DNA of 64,000 bases from a virus. Its lineage: Duplodnaviria > Caudoviricetes. A program made the position numbers and the translations under genes. The first letter of the stretch is position 1. Each line of letters begins with the position of its first letter. The DNA is taken from IMG/VR virus record IMGVR_UViG_3300022589_000019, positions 5,169 through 69,168 of that record. One strand, written 5' to 3'. This document shows positions 1 through 9,577 of this stretch, piece after piece. The notes below the pieces were generated by a model, which worked only from the letters and a program-made list of their open reading frames with translations, searched no databases and was not told the origin of the DNA.

Positions 1-285
1 TTTGCAACGCTTGGGGGCATCCCAATCCATTTTATCAAAATGTTTCTGCGCCTTTGCGGAGAATAGGAATTTACGACCGCAGTCCTTACATACTATGTAT
101 CTGTCCTTGTACTCGTTTTGTTGTGGAGCAACTGGCTCTTCCTTGATTTCAACGACTATGTTTGCAATTGGAAGAACTCCAGTGCAAACAACCTTGATTT
201 CAGTTTCCTGCCTGTAAGACTGCATCGCAGCCTTTCTTTCGTACATAATTTCCACGTTGTCTTCATAATACTTTGCCCAACCCAT
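1..285 (-). CDS. Partial zinc-ribbon (zf-trcl-like) protein running off the left edge
   Basis: Not in the ORF track. My translation from ATG at 285: MGWAKYYEDN...YIVCKDCGRKFLFSAKAQKHFDKMDWDAPKRCK, which fits the CxxC...PKRC pattern. RBS AAGGAG lies upstream. Confidence 0.7.
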   Translation of the reverse strand, partial: MGWAKYYEDNVEIMYERKAAMQSYRQETEIKVVCTGVLPIANIVVEIKEEPVAPQQNEYKDRYIVCKDCGRKFLFSAKAQKHFDKMDWDAPKRCK

Positions 286-339
286 ATCACACACTCCTTT
301 TTTGTTCTTGAGTATATGATACAGGATGGGCAGAGCAAA

Positions 340-364
340 GTGTTAGGACAACATTTGTCGTATT
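340..364. promoter_or_regulatory. Operator-like box A, copy 1 (GACA-N5-TGTC core)
   Basis: gtgttaggacaacatttgtcgtatt; 23/25 identical to 1846-1870; upstream of the left-edge gene. Confidence 0.6.
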
Positions 365-569
365 ATTCTTCCTTGAAGAACTCAAAGAAAGAGACATCAA
401 AATAGTCAGCGATTTCTTGTATTTTGTCTATGTCCTTGATGCCGTTGTTAATCCAACGATTGACATTACGCAAATCCGTATAGAAATCATCAGCGAAGGT
501 TTGCTGGGTAAGGCCGTGTTCCTTTATTAATCGGCGAAGGTTTTGTCCGGCAAGAAGTCGTTTATCCAT
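363..569 (-). CDS. XRE-family helix-turn-helix regulator
   Basis: NLRRLIKEHGLTQQTFADDFYTDLRNVNRWINN...IQEIADYFDVS; start reassigned to ATG 569 after GGAGG, coupled to the upstream stop. Confidence 0.85.
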   Translation of the reverse strand: MDKRLLAGQNLRRLIKEHGLTQQTFADDFYTDLRNVNRWINNGIKDIDKIQEIADYFDVSFFEFFKEE

Positions 570-1791
570 TTGTGCCACCTCCGTGTTTGGCGGCAATACG
601 TGCATTCACACGGTCGAGGGCATTTTGCTCATATAGAGTGAACGGCACACGCACGGGGGCAACAATGCCGCCTTTGGAGACGGGGCCATACACCTTCTTA
701 AGGGTCTTAATGTACGACCCCCAACCATAAATCTCGCTGCGATTTTTTTCTACAAAAATGTGGGTTCTTTCTTTTGCCCGTTCCTCAATGGGAGTATGTT
801 CCAAACCACAGATATCCTCAAAATCTTCCAGTTCCAATTCTTCCTCGTCAGAGAATGTAACCGGTTTAGCATCTGACCATTGGAAGTCGCAAGAAAACTT
901 GGTCAGCTCCATGCCAAACTGACGCATCTTGGACTTTGCCAAGGGATACACATCCACATACTCCTGAACAAGGGAAATGTCATCAAAAAACTCCTGGCAT
1001 CTCCAAGGGCAAGAATCAAAGAAAGGTGCTCGTATAACTACATAGTCATAGAAGCTTTCAAGATTTTCTTGGCGGTAGATTTCTCTAAATCGCAGGACGT
1101 TATCGTATGTGACAATAGTGGTGGTATCTACTCTGTCTTTAGCAATAAGCCAAGTGGCGAGGAAATTAAGCTCATTTGCCTCATTCTCACATAAATCCTG
1201 ATCGATAGCTTTGAAAAACAGTTCTTTAAGACGATTAACCATATCAATAAAAGAACGTAACATATCCGGGCATTGCGGGAATGAGAAAATCGTTTGGGTT
1301 GCAATCTTAAGGTCGGTAATTTCTGCACCCTCGTGGTACGTGCCAGGAAACAGCTTATCATACTCCTTGAGTTGTTGAATAAGGCGTTCCTTAACAGAGG
1401 CTAAGTTATATCTAATTCTAACTGGGATACCCTTGTTATCACCAAAAATCGCATTCAGTAAATACTCGGCAGCCGTGGGTTCGGGGTCCTTATACTGCTG
1501 ATTCCATCCCCAAAGGTGTCTATACTGATGATACAAGGAAAAGAATGGATATTTGTCCCAATACCTTGTAGCAGCGCTTTCATCGGTATTCTTGATTTCT
1601 TCTGTTGTAATACCGAAATGTACGCTTATTTTTTTCAGGGTTTCATCATCCACCTTGCCAGTACGGAACAAGGGTACATCGACCGTTGAGTCGGTATCCT
1701 CATCATAGTCGCTAAAGAAACCAAAAGAGTGCATACAATAGCGATCAAACAAATCTGAAACATAATCAGTTATTCTGTCAATCTTTTTCAT
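562..1791 (-). CDS. Hypothetical protein, 409 aa, possible degenerate HTH near the N-terminus
   Basis: Long ORF with RBS; segment DDETLKKISVHFGITTEEI resembles the C-terminal half of an XRE HTH. Confidence 0.7.
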   Translation of the reverse strand: MKKIDRITDYVSDLFDRYCMHSFGFFSDYDEDTDSTVDVPLFRTGKVDDETLKKISVHFGITTEEIKNTDESAATRYWDKYPFFSLYHQYRHLWGWNQQYKDPEPTAAEYLLNAIFGDNKGIPVRIRYNLASVKERLIQQLKEYDKLFPGTYHEGAEITDLKIATQTIFSFPQCPDMLRSFIDMVNRLKELFFKAIDQDLCENEANELNFLATWLIAKDRVDTTTIVTYDNVLRFREIYRQENLESFYDYVVIRAPFFDSCPWRCQEFFDDISLVQEYVDVYPLAKSKMRQFGMELTKFSCDFQWSDAKPVTFSDEEELELEDFEDICGLEHTPIEERAKERTHIFVEKNRSEIYGWGSYIKTLKKVYGPVSKGGIVAPVRVPFTLYEQNALDRVNARIAAKHGGGTNG

Positions 1792-1845
1792 ATCTGTGCT
1801 CCTTTTCTGTTGTGATGCTTTAATTATACCAACAGAAAATATAAT

Positions 1846-1870
1846 GTGTTAGGACAGCTTTTGTCGTATT
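1846..1870. promoter_or_regulatory. Operator-like box A, copy 2
   Basis: gtgttaggacagcttttgtcgtatt; minus-strand TATAAT (1823-1828) lies 17 nt downstream of the box end. Confidence 0.6.
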
Positions 1871-1872
1871 CT

Positions 1873-2301
1873 TTAATCAAAAAAGGAGGAAAAAACTGTT
1901 CCTTGGATATCGAGAATATCCTCAATTGGAATAATTACCTTGTCTGTGAAAATAACAGTTTTCTCAAAATCATCGATTCTCTTTACTACTCCGGCGTGGT
2001 CTATATAGGCTCCACCGGATTTTTTATTATCTGGCTTAAAATAGGTTACCGTAACTTCCGGCGCTATATCAAGGTTATCGAGGATGATTTGAATTTTATC
2101 ATTAAGAATAGCCAAGGTGCTTTCGTCCAATTCAATACGCTCGTCCGTAAGCCGTGCGGTTTCTTTTATTGCTTCATCGTGGCCAGTGAGAGCAGCAAAC
2201 GGTGCGAACTGCGCTGCACGGTCTATTCGACTCATTTGGGGTCTTTTGGTAGATACGTGATGAGGAAGGTTAATTATATCATCGTAGCTATTCATCATCA
2301 C
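1873..2301 (-). CDS. YolD-like protein (partner of Y-family polymerase)
   Basis: YDDIINLPHHVSTKRPQMSRIDRAAQFAPFAALTGH family signature; near a Y-family polymerase. Confidence 0.9.
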   Translation of the reverse strand: MMMNSYDDIINLPHHVSTKRPQMSRIDRAAQFAPFAALTGHDEAIKETARLTDERIELDESTLAILNDKIQIILDNLDIAPEVTVTYFKPDNKKSGGAYIDHAGVVKRIDDFEKTVIFTDKVIIPIEDILDIQGTVFSSFFD

Positions 2302-2308
2302 TGCCTCC

Positions 2309-2863
2309 TTAATTTTTATCTAACACAGTAAGCGAATCGATATGTGTATGCTCCCAGTCATATATATGGGTACTAACAGCCGGAACTAAAATGCGGTTCG
2401 GGTCTTCCATAATTTCAAAACATCGTTTGTGATAGAAGTAGCAATCGCTGCTCTCATCCATAACAAGAAGTAAACCTTCCTTGTCGTACCCAAGGACTTT
2501 ATATGTTTTTCCGTATTTCAGCTCAAGTATGTCGTTGTCATAATCATGAACAATACACTTAACAACAGCCTCATACTTGTTCAGCACTCCGTCTTCATCA
2601 GATACAACTTCAAAGTCATCAAACGGATTAAAATCATCTATTTTTCCGTCTTCGCCTTTGACATGAAGGCTATCACGTTCTCCTTGCCAGTATTCCAAGA
2701 AATAAGCATTGTATAGGTTTCCATTTATGAACTGATATTTTGGCACTTGCTTACAGCGTTCTTTTCTCGTACAGTCCCTGCAATACTTGTAGTCCGAGCG
2801 GGCGCAGGAAAATCGGTAATATTCAGAATCGCCTACAAATCGCACAATTGCCGATTTTTTCAT
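2309..2863 (-). CDS. Hypothetical protein (CxxCxxxxxC motif, SH3-like beta segments)
   Basis: Start reassigned to ATG 2863 after GAGGAGG; no family recognised. Confidence 0.65.
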   Translation of the reverse strand: MKKSAIVRFVGDSEYYRFSCARSDYKYCRDCTRKERCKQVPKYQFINGNLYNAYFLEYWQGERDSLHVKGEDGKIDDFNPFDDFEVVSDEDGVLNKYEAVVKCIVHDYDNDILELKYGKTYKVLGYDKEGLLLVMDESSDCYFYHKRCFEIMEDPNRILVPAVSTHIYDWEHTHIDSLTVLDKN

Positions 2864-2882
2864 TCCTGCACCTCCTCGACTA

Positions 2883-3128
2883 TTAATAGCTGATTTTTGA
2901 CTCATTCTCGTTAAGATACCCTTTTTCTTCAAGTTTCAATTCAAGCCAATAAACTGGAAGAGGAATTATCTCTTCAATAGGTTTGTTGTTATCCCATATA
3001 TCACATTGACGTGTTTTGCGGTTATACGAAAAAGAGCAAATTATATCGTCATCCCTGGATATGAATTCTCCTATAATTGTTTCTTCATCATATACAATTT
3101 TCTTAAAATAAAAGTTTATATAATGCAT
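2883..3128 (-). CDS. Hypothetical protein, 81 aa
   Basis: ORF fills the gap in a co-directional operon. Confidence 0.6.
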   Translation of the reverse strand: MHYINFYFKKIVYDEETIIGEFISRDDDIICSFSYNRKTRQCDIWDNNKPIEEIIPLPVYWLELKLEEKGYLNENESKISY

Positions 3129-3141
3129 ATCGTCCTATTTT

Positions 3142-4647
3142 TCACGCCTTATGACCGCCAATCTGGGAATTGCGGTCTTTGGCTGTTGCCCCTTCCTCAA
3201 GGTTCATACCTTTAAGGATTGCATTCTTTCCGAATTTCTTTTTTATATCAAGCATTGCCCGTTGCATTTTCTTTTCACGAGCAAGTGCCTCTTCCTCTTC
3301 TTTACGTTTAGGTTCCAGCTCTTCGTAGTCCGTGAACAATGTTAATTGTTCAGCCTGTTCTGTATTTTTGACTTCAGCCCCCGGTATCAGCTTACACGCA
3401 GCAAGCGTGATACGGCGGACAAGTAAATTCTTATCCACAATGCGGTCAAAAAGCTCCATAACGGCATCAACTATAAGACGAGTAGATGAGGTCTGTCTTT
3501 CAAGATTAGCCGTTCCGTGGGCGTGTTTTGGCACTTTACGACCGTAATGGTCAGTGGTAACTGGACCATTGTATTTTGCACTGATTTTTGGGTCTGTGAG
3601 GTTCTCTATATCATAACCTATGGTCAGCACCATTTGATTGGTCACAAGTTCCTTCTCGACAAGATCCAACACAAGCAGTTCCGTCATTTCACGGGTTACG
3701 AGTTTGGCTTTATCAAACGCATAGGGGCATTGGAGAATCTGCCCTGAACTTAGGCTATTGGTGCTTGGTTTGTATGCCTTAACCTCTGCGATGGTACAAG
3801 GTTCCCAACCCCAAGCGTGGTCGATGAGGAGTTCTGCGTTTACACCGAAGAGCTTATATAGCAAATCCTCATTATGCACAGAGCAACGTGCAACATCGCC
3901 CATCGTGTACATTCCGTTAGCCTCAAGTTTAGTCGCGTATCCTTTTCCAACCCGCCAGAAGTCCGTCAGCGGCTTGTGAGACCACAATTTCTCTCGATAT
4001 GACATTTCATCAAGTTCTGCGATACGAACACCATCTTTATCTGCGGGGATGTGCTTTGCGGTGATATCCATTGCAACCTTTGCAAGATACATATTTGTTC
4101 CGATTCCCGCTGTTGCGGTAATGCCGGTCGTTGTTAGGACATCCTTGATAAGCATCATAGCGAAGTCGTGTGCGGTGCCTTTGTAGCTGGAGAGGTAGTG
4201 GGTAATATCGATGAACACCTCATCAATGGAATATACATGAATATCCTCTGGAGCGATATATTTGAGATACACCTTGTAGATTTCGGTGCTGCGTTCCATA
4301 TACAACGCCATCTGCGGTGGTGCAACGATATAATCAAGTTCAAGGGAGGGGTTGCTCTGCAAATCTGGATTATGCGAAGATTGCCCCGTGAACTTTCGCC
4401 CCGGAGCTTTCCTCAAACGTTCTGCGTTTACTTCTTTTACTCGTTGTACGACTTCAAATAGCCTTGCTCTGCCGGAAACACCATACGATTTCAGTGATGG
4501 CGTAACCGCAAGGCATATTGTTTTTTCTGTTCGGCTCAAATCCGCAACCACAAGGTTTGTAGTCATTGGATCGAGACCGCGCTCCATGCATTCGACCGAA
4601 GCGTAAAATGACTTGAGGTCGATGCAAAGGTATGTGCGTTCAGCCAT
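3142..4647 (-). CDS. Y-family error-prone DNA polymerase (ImpB/MucB/SamB, UmuC/UvrX-like)
   Basis: YLCIDLKSFYASVE, YSIDEVFID, TATAGIGTNMYLAKVAMD, DFWRVGKG motifs; C-terminal KKFGKNAILKG. Confidence 0.95.
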   Translation of the reverse strand: MAERTYLCIDLKSFYASVECMERGLDPMTTNLVVADLSRTEKTICLAVTPSLKSYGVSGRARLFEVVQRVKEVNAERLRKAPGRKFTGQSSHNPDLQSNPSLELDYIVAPPQMALYMERSTEIYKVYLKYIAPEDIHVYSIDEVFIDITHYLSSYKGTAHDFAMMLIKDVLTTTGITATAGIGTNMYLAKVAMDITAKHIPADKDGVRIAELDEMSYREKLWSHKPLTDFWRVGKGYATKLEANGMYTMGDVARCSVHNEDLLYKLFGVNAELLIDHAWGWEPCTIAEVKAYKPSTNSLSSGQILQCPYAFDKAKLVTREMTELLVLDLVEKELVTNQMVLTIGYDIENLTDPKISAKYNGPVTTDHYGRKVPKHAHGTANLERQTSSTRLIVDAVMELFDRIVDKNLLVRRITLAACKLIPGAEVKNTEQAEQLTLFTDYEELEPKRKEEEEALAREKKMQRAMLDIKKKFGKNAILKGMNLEEGATAKDRNSQIGGHKA

Positions 4648-4687
4648 TACGCTTCCGTCCTTTCACTGAATGCTGATTAGATAACCT

Positions 4688-5032
4688 TTAATCCTTTTTA
4701 GTCATCACAATGTTGATCGTCTTTTTTGTATCTGTTTCTGTAACAGTTTGAGTTGCATTAATTTCAGCATTACGCAAGATGGATGCAGTAAGGGCATCGA
4801 GCATATAAGCATCACCATCCTCACACTCCATCCCGAGCGTTGCTGGTTCAGCTTCAGCTTCAAGCCACTTTGTGTCAAAGGGATTATCATCAAGAATTTT
4901 GTCGTCCCCGCCAGGTTGACGAGCAGCATACTGTCCGTTATTGAGACCTGCACAATAGACATCGTCCAGAAACGCCGATAATTGCTCCTTGGTCATCTTT
5001 ATTATTGCTTCGTAATTGTTCATATAAAACAC
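4688..5032 (-). CDS. Hypothetical protein, 114 aa
   Basis: ORF with RBS in the operon. Confidence 0.65.
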   Translation of the reverse strand: MFYMNNYEAIIKMTKEQLSAFLDDVYCAGLNNGQYAARQPGGDDKILDDNPFDTKWLEAEAEPATLGMECEDGDAYMLDALTASILRNAEINATQTVTETDTKKTINIVMTKKD

Positions 5033-5035
5033 TCC

Positions 5036-5482
5036 TTATTTGAGATATTCGGTTATACGCTTTAGTAGCAATTCGTATCTTTTCTGCGTATCGGGATTCT
5101 TGCCGCAGTACCTTCTATCCATTTGCTCGTTAGGCTCATAAGAAACGGGGATATTGTATAAATCGAACTGCTCAATAGTTAGGTCGATATAGTGACCATC
5201 AATCTTATTGAAGTAGTGTGTTCCGCCACCATCAACACGAATTCTGTGAATGGTGCCGCCGAACATATCATAAACAAGCATAGCTGTTATAGCACACTGA
5301 CCGTAGGATGGATCGTTTGGAACCCACTCAACCTGGCAAGAAGGATAGGCAGACTCTTTGCACCAGCAATTTCTCAAAAGAGCATATAAATCGTCCAATG
5401 TATTTAGCTTTGGATTGCCGGCTTTCTTACGGCTCAATGAACCGTATTCTTCACCATAATAACGTCGCATAGTTTCCTCCAA
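5036..5482 (-). CDS. YunG-like protein (putative Cys-His-Asp papain/transglutaminase fold)
   Basis: W...SAYP...GQCAITA...THYFN...YIDLT pattern. Confidence 0.7.
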   Translation of the reverse strand: MEETMRRYYGEEYGSLSRKKAGNPKLNTLDDLYALLRNCWCKESAYPSCQVEWVPNDPSYGQCAITAMLVYDMFGGTIHRIRVDGGGTHYFNKIDGHYIDLTIEQFDLYNIPVSYEPNEQMDRRYCGKNPDTQKRYELLLKRITEYLK

Positions 5483-5495
5483 AATGTCAAAAAAA

Positions 5496-5696
5496 TTATC
5501 TGTATTTTCTCATTATCCTATTAATTCTCTTGTTGTTATTTGCAAAGATTTCCTGCGTTCTTTTTTTGCTTCGTTCCTCTGATGTTCCTTCTAACGGAGG
5601 GACAGAGTCAGGATCTACGCCGTTTTGCCGGAGAACTTTATCGATTTTCTTTTGATTGAGGCGGATAACTTCCTCTGTAGATAATTTCTTATGCAT
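5496..5696 (-). CDS. Small basic hypothetical protein, 66 aa
   Basis: MHKKLSTEEV...; start at 5696 overlaps the upstream stop (ATGCATAA). Confidence 0.5.
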   Translation of the reverse strand: MHKKLSTEEVIRLNQKKIDKVLRQNGVDPDSVPPLEGTSEERSKKRTQEIFANNNKRINRIMRKYR

Positions 5697-7377
5697 CGTG
5701 GTATTTACACCTTTCGCAAATATTTTGTTTTGCTTCCATCTCATCCTCGGTAATAACACCGGGAATTTCCTTGGTAATTGGGTCGTACAGAATATCGAAG
5801 CAGTCATCTTCGCTGATTTCTTTTTCACACATTGGGCAGTAGAACATTTTGTATCCATCCTCGTTGGGTTGGGGCTGTGTGAATTTGCCGATTATACTTT
5901 TTACTTTTTCAATAGGCATCGGTACTTCTTCCGGTGCGAAATACTGAATTTTCACAACCTCAACAATGCGTTCTGTACCATCGTTGCCAACGGGAACAAC
6001 CACTTGATTGCCAACCTCAATGTTACTATCTTCTGTGAGGTAGTAATAGGTTTTTCCGTAATCACCGAAACGAACAGACAAGAAGATATAATCACCGTTC
6101 TTGCGATAGGTTCTGCCGTAATGCGATTCATCAAACATTTCACCGAAGCCATAGAAAGACATAAAGTTATAAAGGTTTTCAATAAATTCTGGCCAATCAA
6201 CCGGGAGTCCTTGCTTGTCGTAGCTGCCGGATATCAATCGTGATGGACTACGGTGAAATTCAACCGTTGCGGTGTATGTTGCTTCTTCGTTTTCAGGGAC
6301 GATAACATCGGTATCTTTTTCTTCAAACTTGATGAATAGGTCTTGGTAATCAAGCTCATCCAAGAAGTTTGATACTCCTTGTGCCACATGGTATTTTCTT
6401 GTCACATCACATTCAGAGCCGATTCTGTATGTGTACTCGATTGTTTCTGTCTCTCTGTCTATAACAATGTGATCGGTTGGATTCCAAGTGACAATCTGAC
6501 CATCCGCAGCCACAATGGTTTTTTTATGCTCGTGGTCTATGGTTATGCGCTCGATACGCTCGAATTCGTTATTATCGAAGGCAAACAGCGTTTGATCATC
6601 CAGCGTATCACGGAGCAGTTGGGATAGGTTATATCCATCCACCTCAAAATCACAAATCAAGGGGCCGATGAATACCGCCTTTTTGCCCTGATCGTCTGTA
6701 ATTTGCATTTCAAAGTCGCCAACATCGGTGGCAAACGCAATTTCATATTCATCTCTGAAATACTTGGTGTATTTATCTAACAGGAATTTCGCTTTATCTG
6801 CATCGATCTTGAACTGCTTTTGTTCCGTTTTGTTCAGTTTAGCGTAATTTAAGTCTTCTGCAAAAGCGTATCGGGTAATCCAAACACGACCGTCATCCGT
6901 CACGGTAACGTGCTGTTCAACCTCAAATCCTGCTCTTGGCAGCAGACCATATGCAATGCAATTGGAATTGATTCGTATCTTCTTTATGTTGCCGTAGAAG
7001 ATATAGGGAGGAACGCCGGCTTCAGAAGTGATCGCCACCAATCTTCCCAATGCGGTTATAAACCACGGACGGAACTCACTATCCAACGGATGGGAACAAT
7101 ATGACCAATGAGTTATGTATCTCCATTGAGATAATATAGCCGTTCCAAGAAAATACGGATCATCAATTTCCTCGATTATTTTGTCAAGTTCGTCAACGTT
7201 ATTAAACGCCTTGGGATACTTTGCACAGAAGGAGTCACCGCTATCCATCTTGAATTCAAGAGCAAAGCATTCTTCAGCGAAACCTTCTTCCACTTGGAAA
7301 TTTGTAGTTTTAGGGCTACGATACAAGTCAAAATATTTCTTTGCAAATTCGTGAATCATCAGCTTTTTCTGGTTCAT
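5689..7377 (-). CDS. Multidomain hypothetical protein with a PriA-3'BD-like small beta domain and C-terminal Cys motifs
   Basis: TYYYLTEDSNIEVGNQVVVPVG; C-terminal CPMC...CERC. Confidence 0.75.
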   Translation of the reverse strand: MNQKKLMIHEFAKKYFDLYRSPKTTNFQVEEGFAEECFALEFKMDSGDSFCAKYPKAFNNVDELDKIIEEIDDPYFLGTAILSQWRYITHWSYCSHPLDSEFRPWFITALGRLVAITSEAGVPPYIFYGNIKKIRINSNCIAYGLLPRAGFEVEQHVTVTDDGRVWITRYAFAEDLNYAKLNKTEQKQFKIDADKAKFLLDKYTKYFRDEYEIAFATDVGDFEMQITDDQGKKAVFIGPLICDFEVDGYNLSQLLRDTLDDQTLFAFDNNEFERIERITIDHEHKKTIVAADGQIVTWNPTDHIVIDRETETIEYTYRIGSECDVTRKYHVAQGVSNFLDELDYQDLFIKFEEKDTDVIVPENEEATYTATVEFHRSPSRLISGSYDKQGLPVDWPEFIENLYNFMSFYGFGEMFDESHYGRTYRKNGDYIFLSVRFGDYGKTYYYLTEDSNIEVGNQVVVPVGNDGTERIVEVVKIQYFAPEEVPMPIEKVKSIIGKFTQPQPNEDGYKMFYCPMCEKEISEDDCFDILYDPITKEIPGVITEDEMEAKQNICERCKYHDA

Positions 7378-7400
7378 TTCGGCATCTCCTTTCTTGATTG

Positions 7401-7916
7401 TTATGTTTTGGTTATATGGTAGGTGCGAATAAGTAATCTCTCAGCCTCACTCTTTGGTTCTTGCAGTAATCCACCGATTTTATCTACCAATGAAATACTT
7501 GCCTTGTTATTCGGCAATACCGTGTACCTAATGTACTGAAAATCTCTTGTTTCAAATATCCACTCTAATAATGTACGGAGGAATTCAAATCCATATCCCT
7601 TACCTTGAAACAGTGGGTCAATTTCTATCTGTAGTTCGGGTGTGCCGGATTCAGCATTGACAAGAGAAATAAATCCAATAAGTCTTTCTCCTTCCCAAGC
7701 ACCGTAGATTTCACTATCTCCGTTACCGATACTGTCGCTGAAACGGGTAATAAGAGCAGACACAGCATCCTTGTCTTGAAAAATAACGGCTATATCTTCC
7801 GTTGAGAGCGTACCAAGAAATTGGTCTACAGAGGCTCCATCATTTTCAGTGTTAATTTGTTTTGTTTTCTCACTGGTTGTTTTGCGGATAATAAGACGCT
7901 CCGTTTTTAGTTCCAT
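7401..7916 (-). CDS. GNAT N-acetyltransferase (RimJ/RimL-like)
   Basis: MELKTERLIIR, FQGKGYGFE (acetyl-CoA loop), NNKASISLVDKIG. Confidence 0.9.
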   Translation of the reverse strand: MELKTERLIIRKTTSEKTKQINTENDGASVDQFLGTLSTEDIAVIFQDKDAVSALITRFSDSIGNGDSEIYGAWEGERLIGFISLVNAESGTPELQIEIDPLFQGKGYGFEFLRTLLEWIFETRDFQYIRYTVLPNNKASISLVDKIGGLLQEPKSEAERLLIRTYHITKT

Positions 7917-7940
7917 CTTGTTTTGATTCCTCCGAAACAG

Positions 7941-8174
7941 TCAAATTCCTCTTACGCTGCCTCTTAATTCAACGAGCTCATCTTCTATATCAATACCCAA
8001 AGAGACATCGTCCGGTATAACCATCTCAAGGCTGCACTTGGGACAAGGGGTACTGAATAACTCCTCGTCAACACCGATTCTTCGGTATAAATAATAGCTG
8101 TTTCCGTGCGGTGCTACCATCCATACAAATTGATGTCCGCAGCGAGGACATTTTACCTCTCTGTATTTACTCAT
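7941..8174 (-). CDS. Small zinc-ribbon protein
   Basis: CPRCG...CPKCS. Confidence 0.7.
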   Translation of the reverse strand: MSKYREVKCPRCGHQFVWMVAPHGNSYYLYRRIGVDEELFSTPCPKCSLEMVIPDDVSLGIDIEDELVELRGSVRGI

Positions 8175-8186
8175 AATATCGTCTAA

Positions 8187-9005
8187 TTACTTGTCCTTAT
8201 TTTGTGTTAGAACACTGACATTGTCATTAAAATTCTTGTTTGTATCTATCTCATCGATTACAAACTGATATGTGCAATTGGCTCCTTTGTTGCGGTTCAC
8301 CTCTGTGTAAAACTCGATAGAAATATTATTGTAGGAATATTTATATATTGGTGGTGCAGTATACTCTTTTTCGCTCAACGAATTATATATGCTTTTTGCA
8401 ACGCTCTCGGCAGTCGCGTAAAAAGTGGCATCATCGACTTGTTCTGATATAACAAACACCATTTCATAGTATGGGTACTCACCGACTCCAATGCTATACT
8501 TAGTAAAGCACGAATCTGTCACAGCACTCTCTGCTGTCGTTTTTAGAAAATCATAGTATTCATCTGAGGAGATAAGGAGGCTTTCCTCAGTTATAACATC
8601 AGAAGGCTGGTCAGATCCGCCTATATTTGAAACACTCTCATCGAAACCAATCCATCCAATTTCAGCAAGCGATGCTAATGTAGATTGTGGAATATCCGCA
8701 TTGCTCCCATCGGCAGTTTTTACGCAAAGGTAGACAGTAACCTGCCCCGGATAGGATTCAGCTATCGCATTAGCGTGAATAAGCCATATTTTATCTCCAG
8801 AAGATAAGTCTTGAGGGAGGCCGAATGCCGTCCTGTCATTAAGAACTACAGGGTTTCCACCTTCGTCAATCCAAAGAACAGATCCGTTATCAGCAATTAG
8901 GCATCTTCCTATGGATATATCTTTGCCGTTCATAAACAGAATTCCAAAGACAGCAATGAGAACAACTATTACGCAAGGAATAACTATAGTAAGTTTCTTT
9001 TTCAT
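8187..9005 (-). CDS. Membrane-anchored extracellular protein (YobA-like OB segment)
   Basis: MKKK plus hydrophobic N-terminal helix; LSSGDKIWLIHANAIAESYPGQ resembles YobA/DUF3221; start taken at MKKKLT. Confidence 0.65.
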   Translation of the reverse strand: MKKKLTIVIPCVIVVLIAVFGILFMNGKDISIGRCLIADNGSVLWIDEGGNPVVLNDRTAFGLPQDLSSGDKIWLIHANAIAESYPGQVTVYLCVKTADGSNADIPQSTLASLAEIGWIGFDESVSNIGGSDQPSDVITEESLLISSDEYYDFLKTTAESAVTDSCFTKYSIGVGEYPYYEMVFVISEQVDDATFYATAESVAKSIYNSLSEKEYTAPPIYKYSYNNISIEFYTEVNRNKGANCTYQFVIDEIDTNKNFNDNVSVLTQNKDK

Positions 9006-9565
9006 TCCAGGATATCCTCCACATTCATATCGCACTCCATACAGTAACCGTCCTCGGTTTCGTGTCCCTCTTCAGAATGCAGAGAACCGTGGTCATAATC
9101 GGTGCTGTTGAGTACGCTGTTTCTTTTTTGTGGCGGTGGATCATTCATTTCGCTTAATTCACCAATCACGCCAATAGCACCGACAAAGTCCCAAAAGGCG
9201 TTTTTACGAGCTTTCCTTGCTAATCTGGCAGCTCGCATCTCCTCATATGTAGGAGGTGGCGGCTGATTTTTTCGTTTTTCCTCTGCACAATGTGGACAGC
9301 TAAAGAATTTTGCCTTTTCAAAGGTCGTGCCGCATTTCTTGCAAGTTTTCTGTCCCTCACGGAACAGATTCATAATCGGTTTCTTGCCCTTCAGTGATTG
9401 AATGATAGAGGTAACCACTATTCCAAAAAACACTGAAACCACAACACCTACAATGCCAACAGGCAGAAAAATAAACAATGCAGGAATGGTGCATATAACA
9501 AAGAAGATTTCACAAGGCAAAAAGAAACATAGTAATGCTATTTTTCCTCCTCGTTTCATATACAC
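9002..9565 (-). CDS. Membrane protein with zinc ribbon and His/Cys-rich tail
   Basis: Two hydrophobic helices, CKKC...CPHC, C-terminal HSEEGHETEDGYCMEC. Confidence 0.7.
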   Translation of the reverse strand: MYMKRGGKIALLCFFLPCEIFFVICTIPALFIFLPVGIVGVVVSVFFGIVVTSIIQSLKGKKPIMNLFREGQKTCKKCGTTFEKAKFFSCPHCAEEKRKNQPPPPTYEEMRAARLARKARKNAFWDFVGAIGVIGELSEMNDPPPQKRNSVLNSTDYDHGSLHSEEGHETEDGYCMECDMNVEDILE

Positions 9566-9577
9566 ACCTCCTTGATT

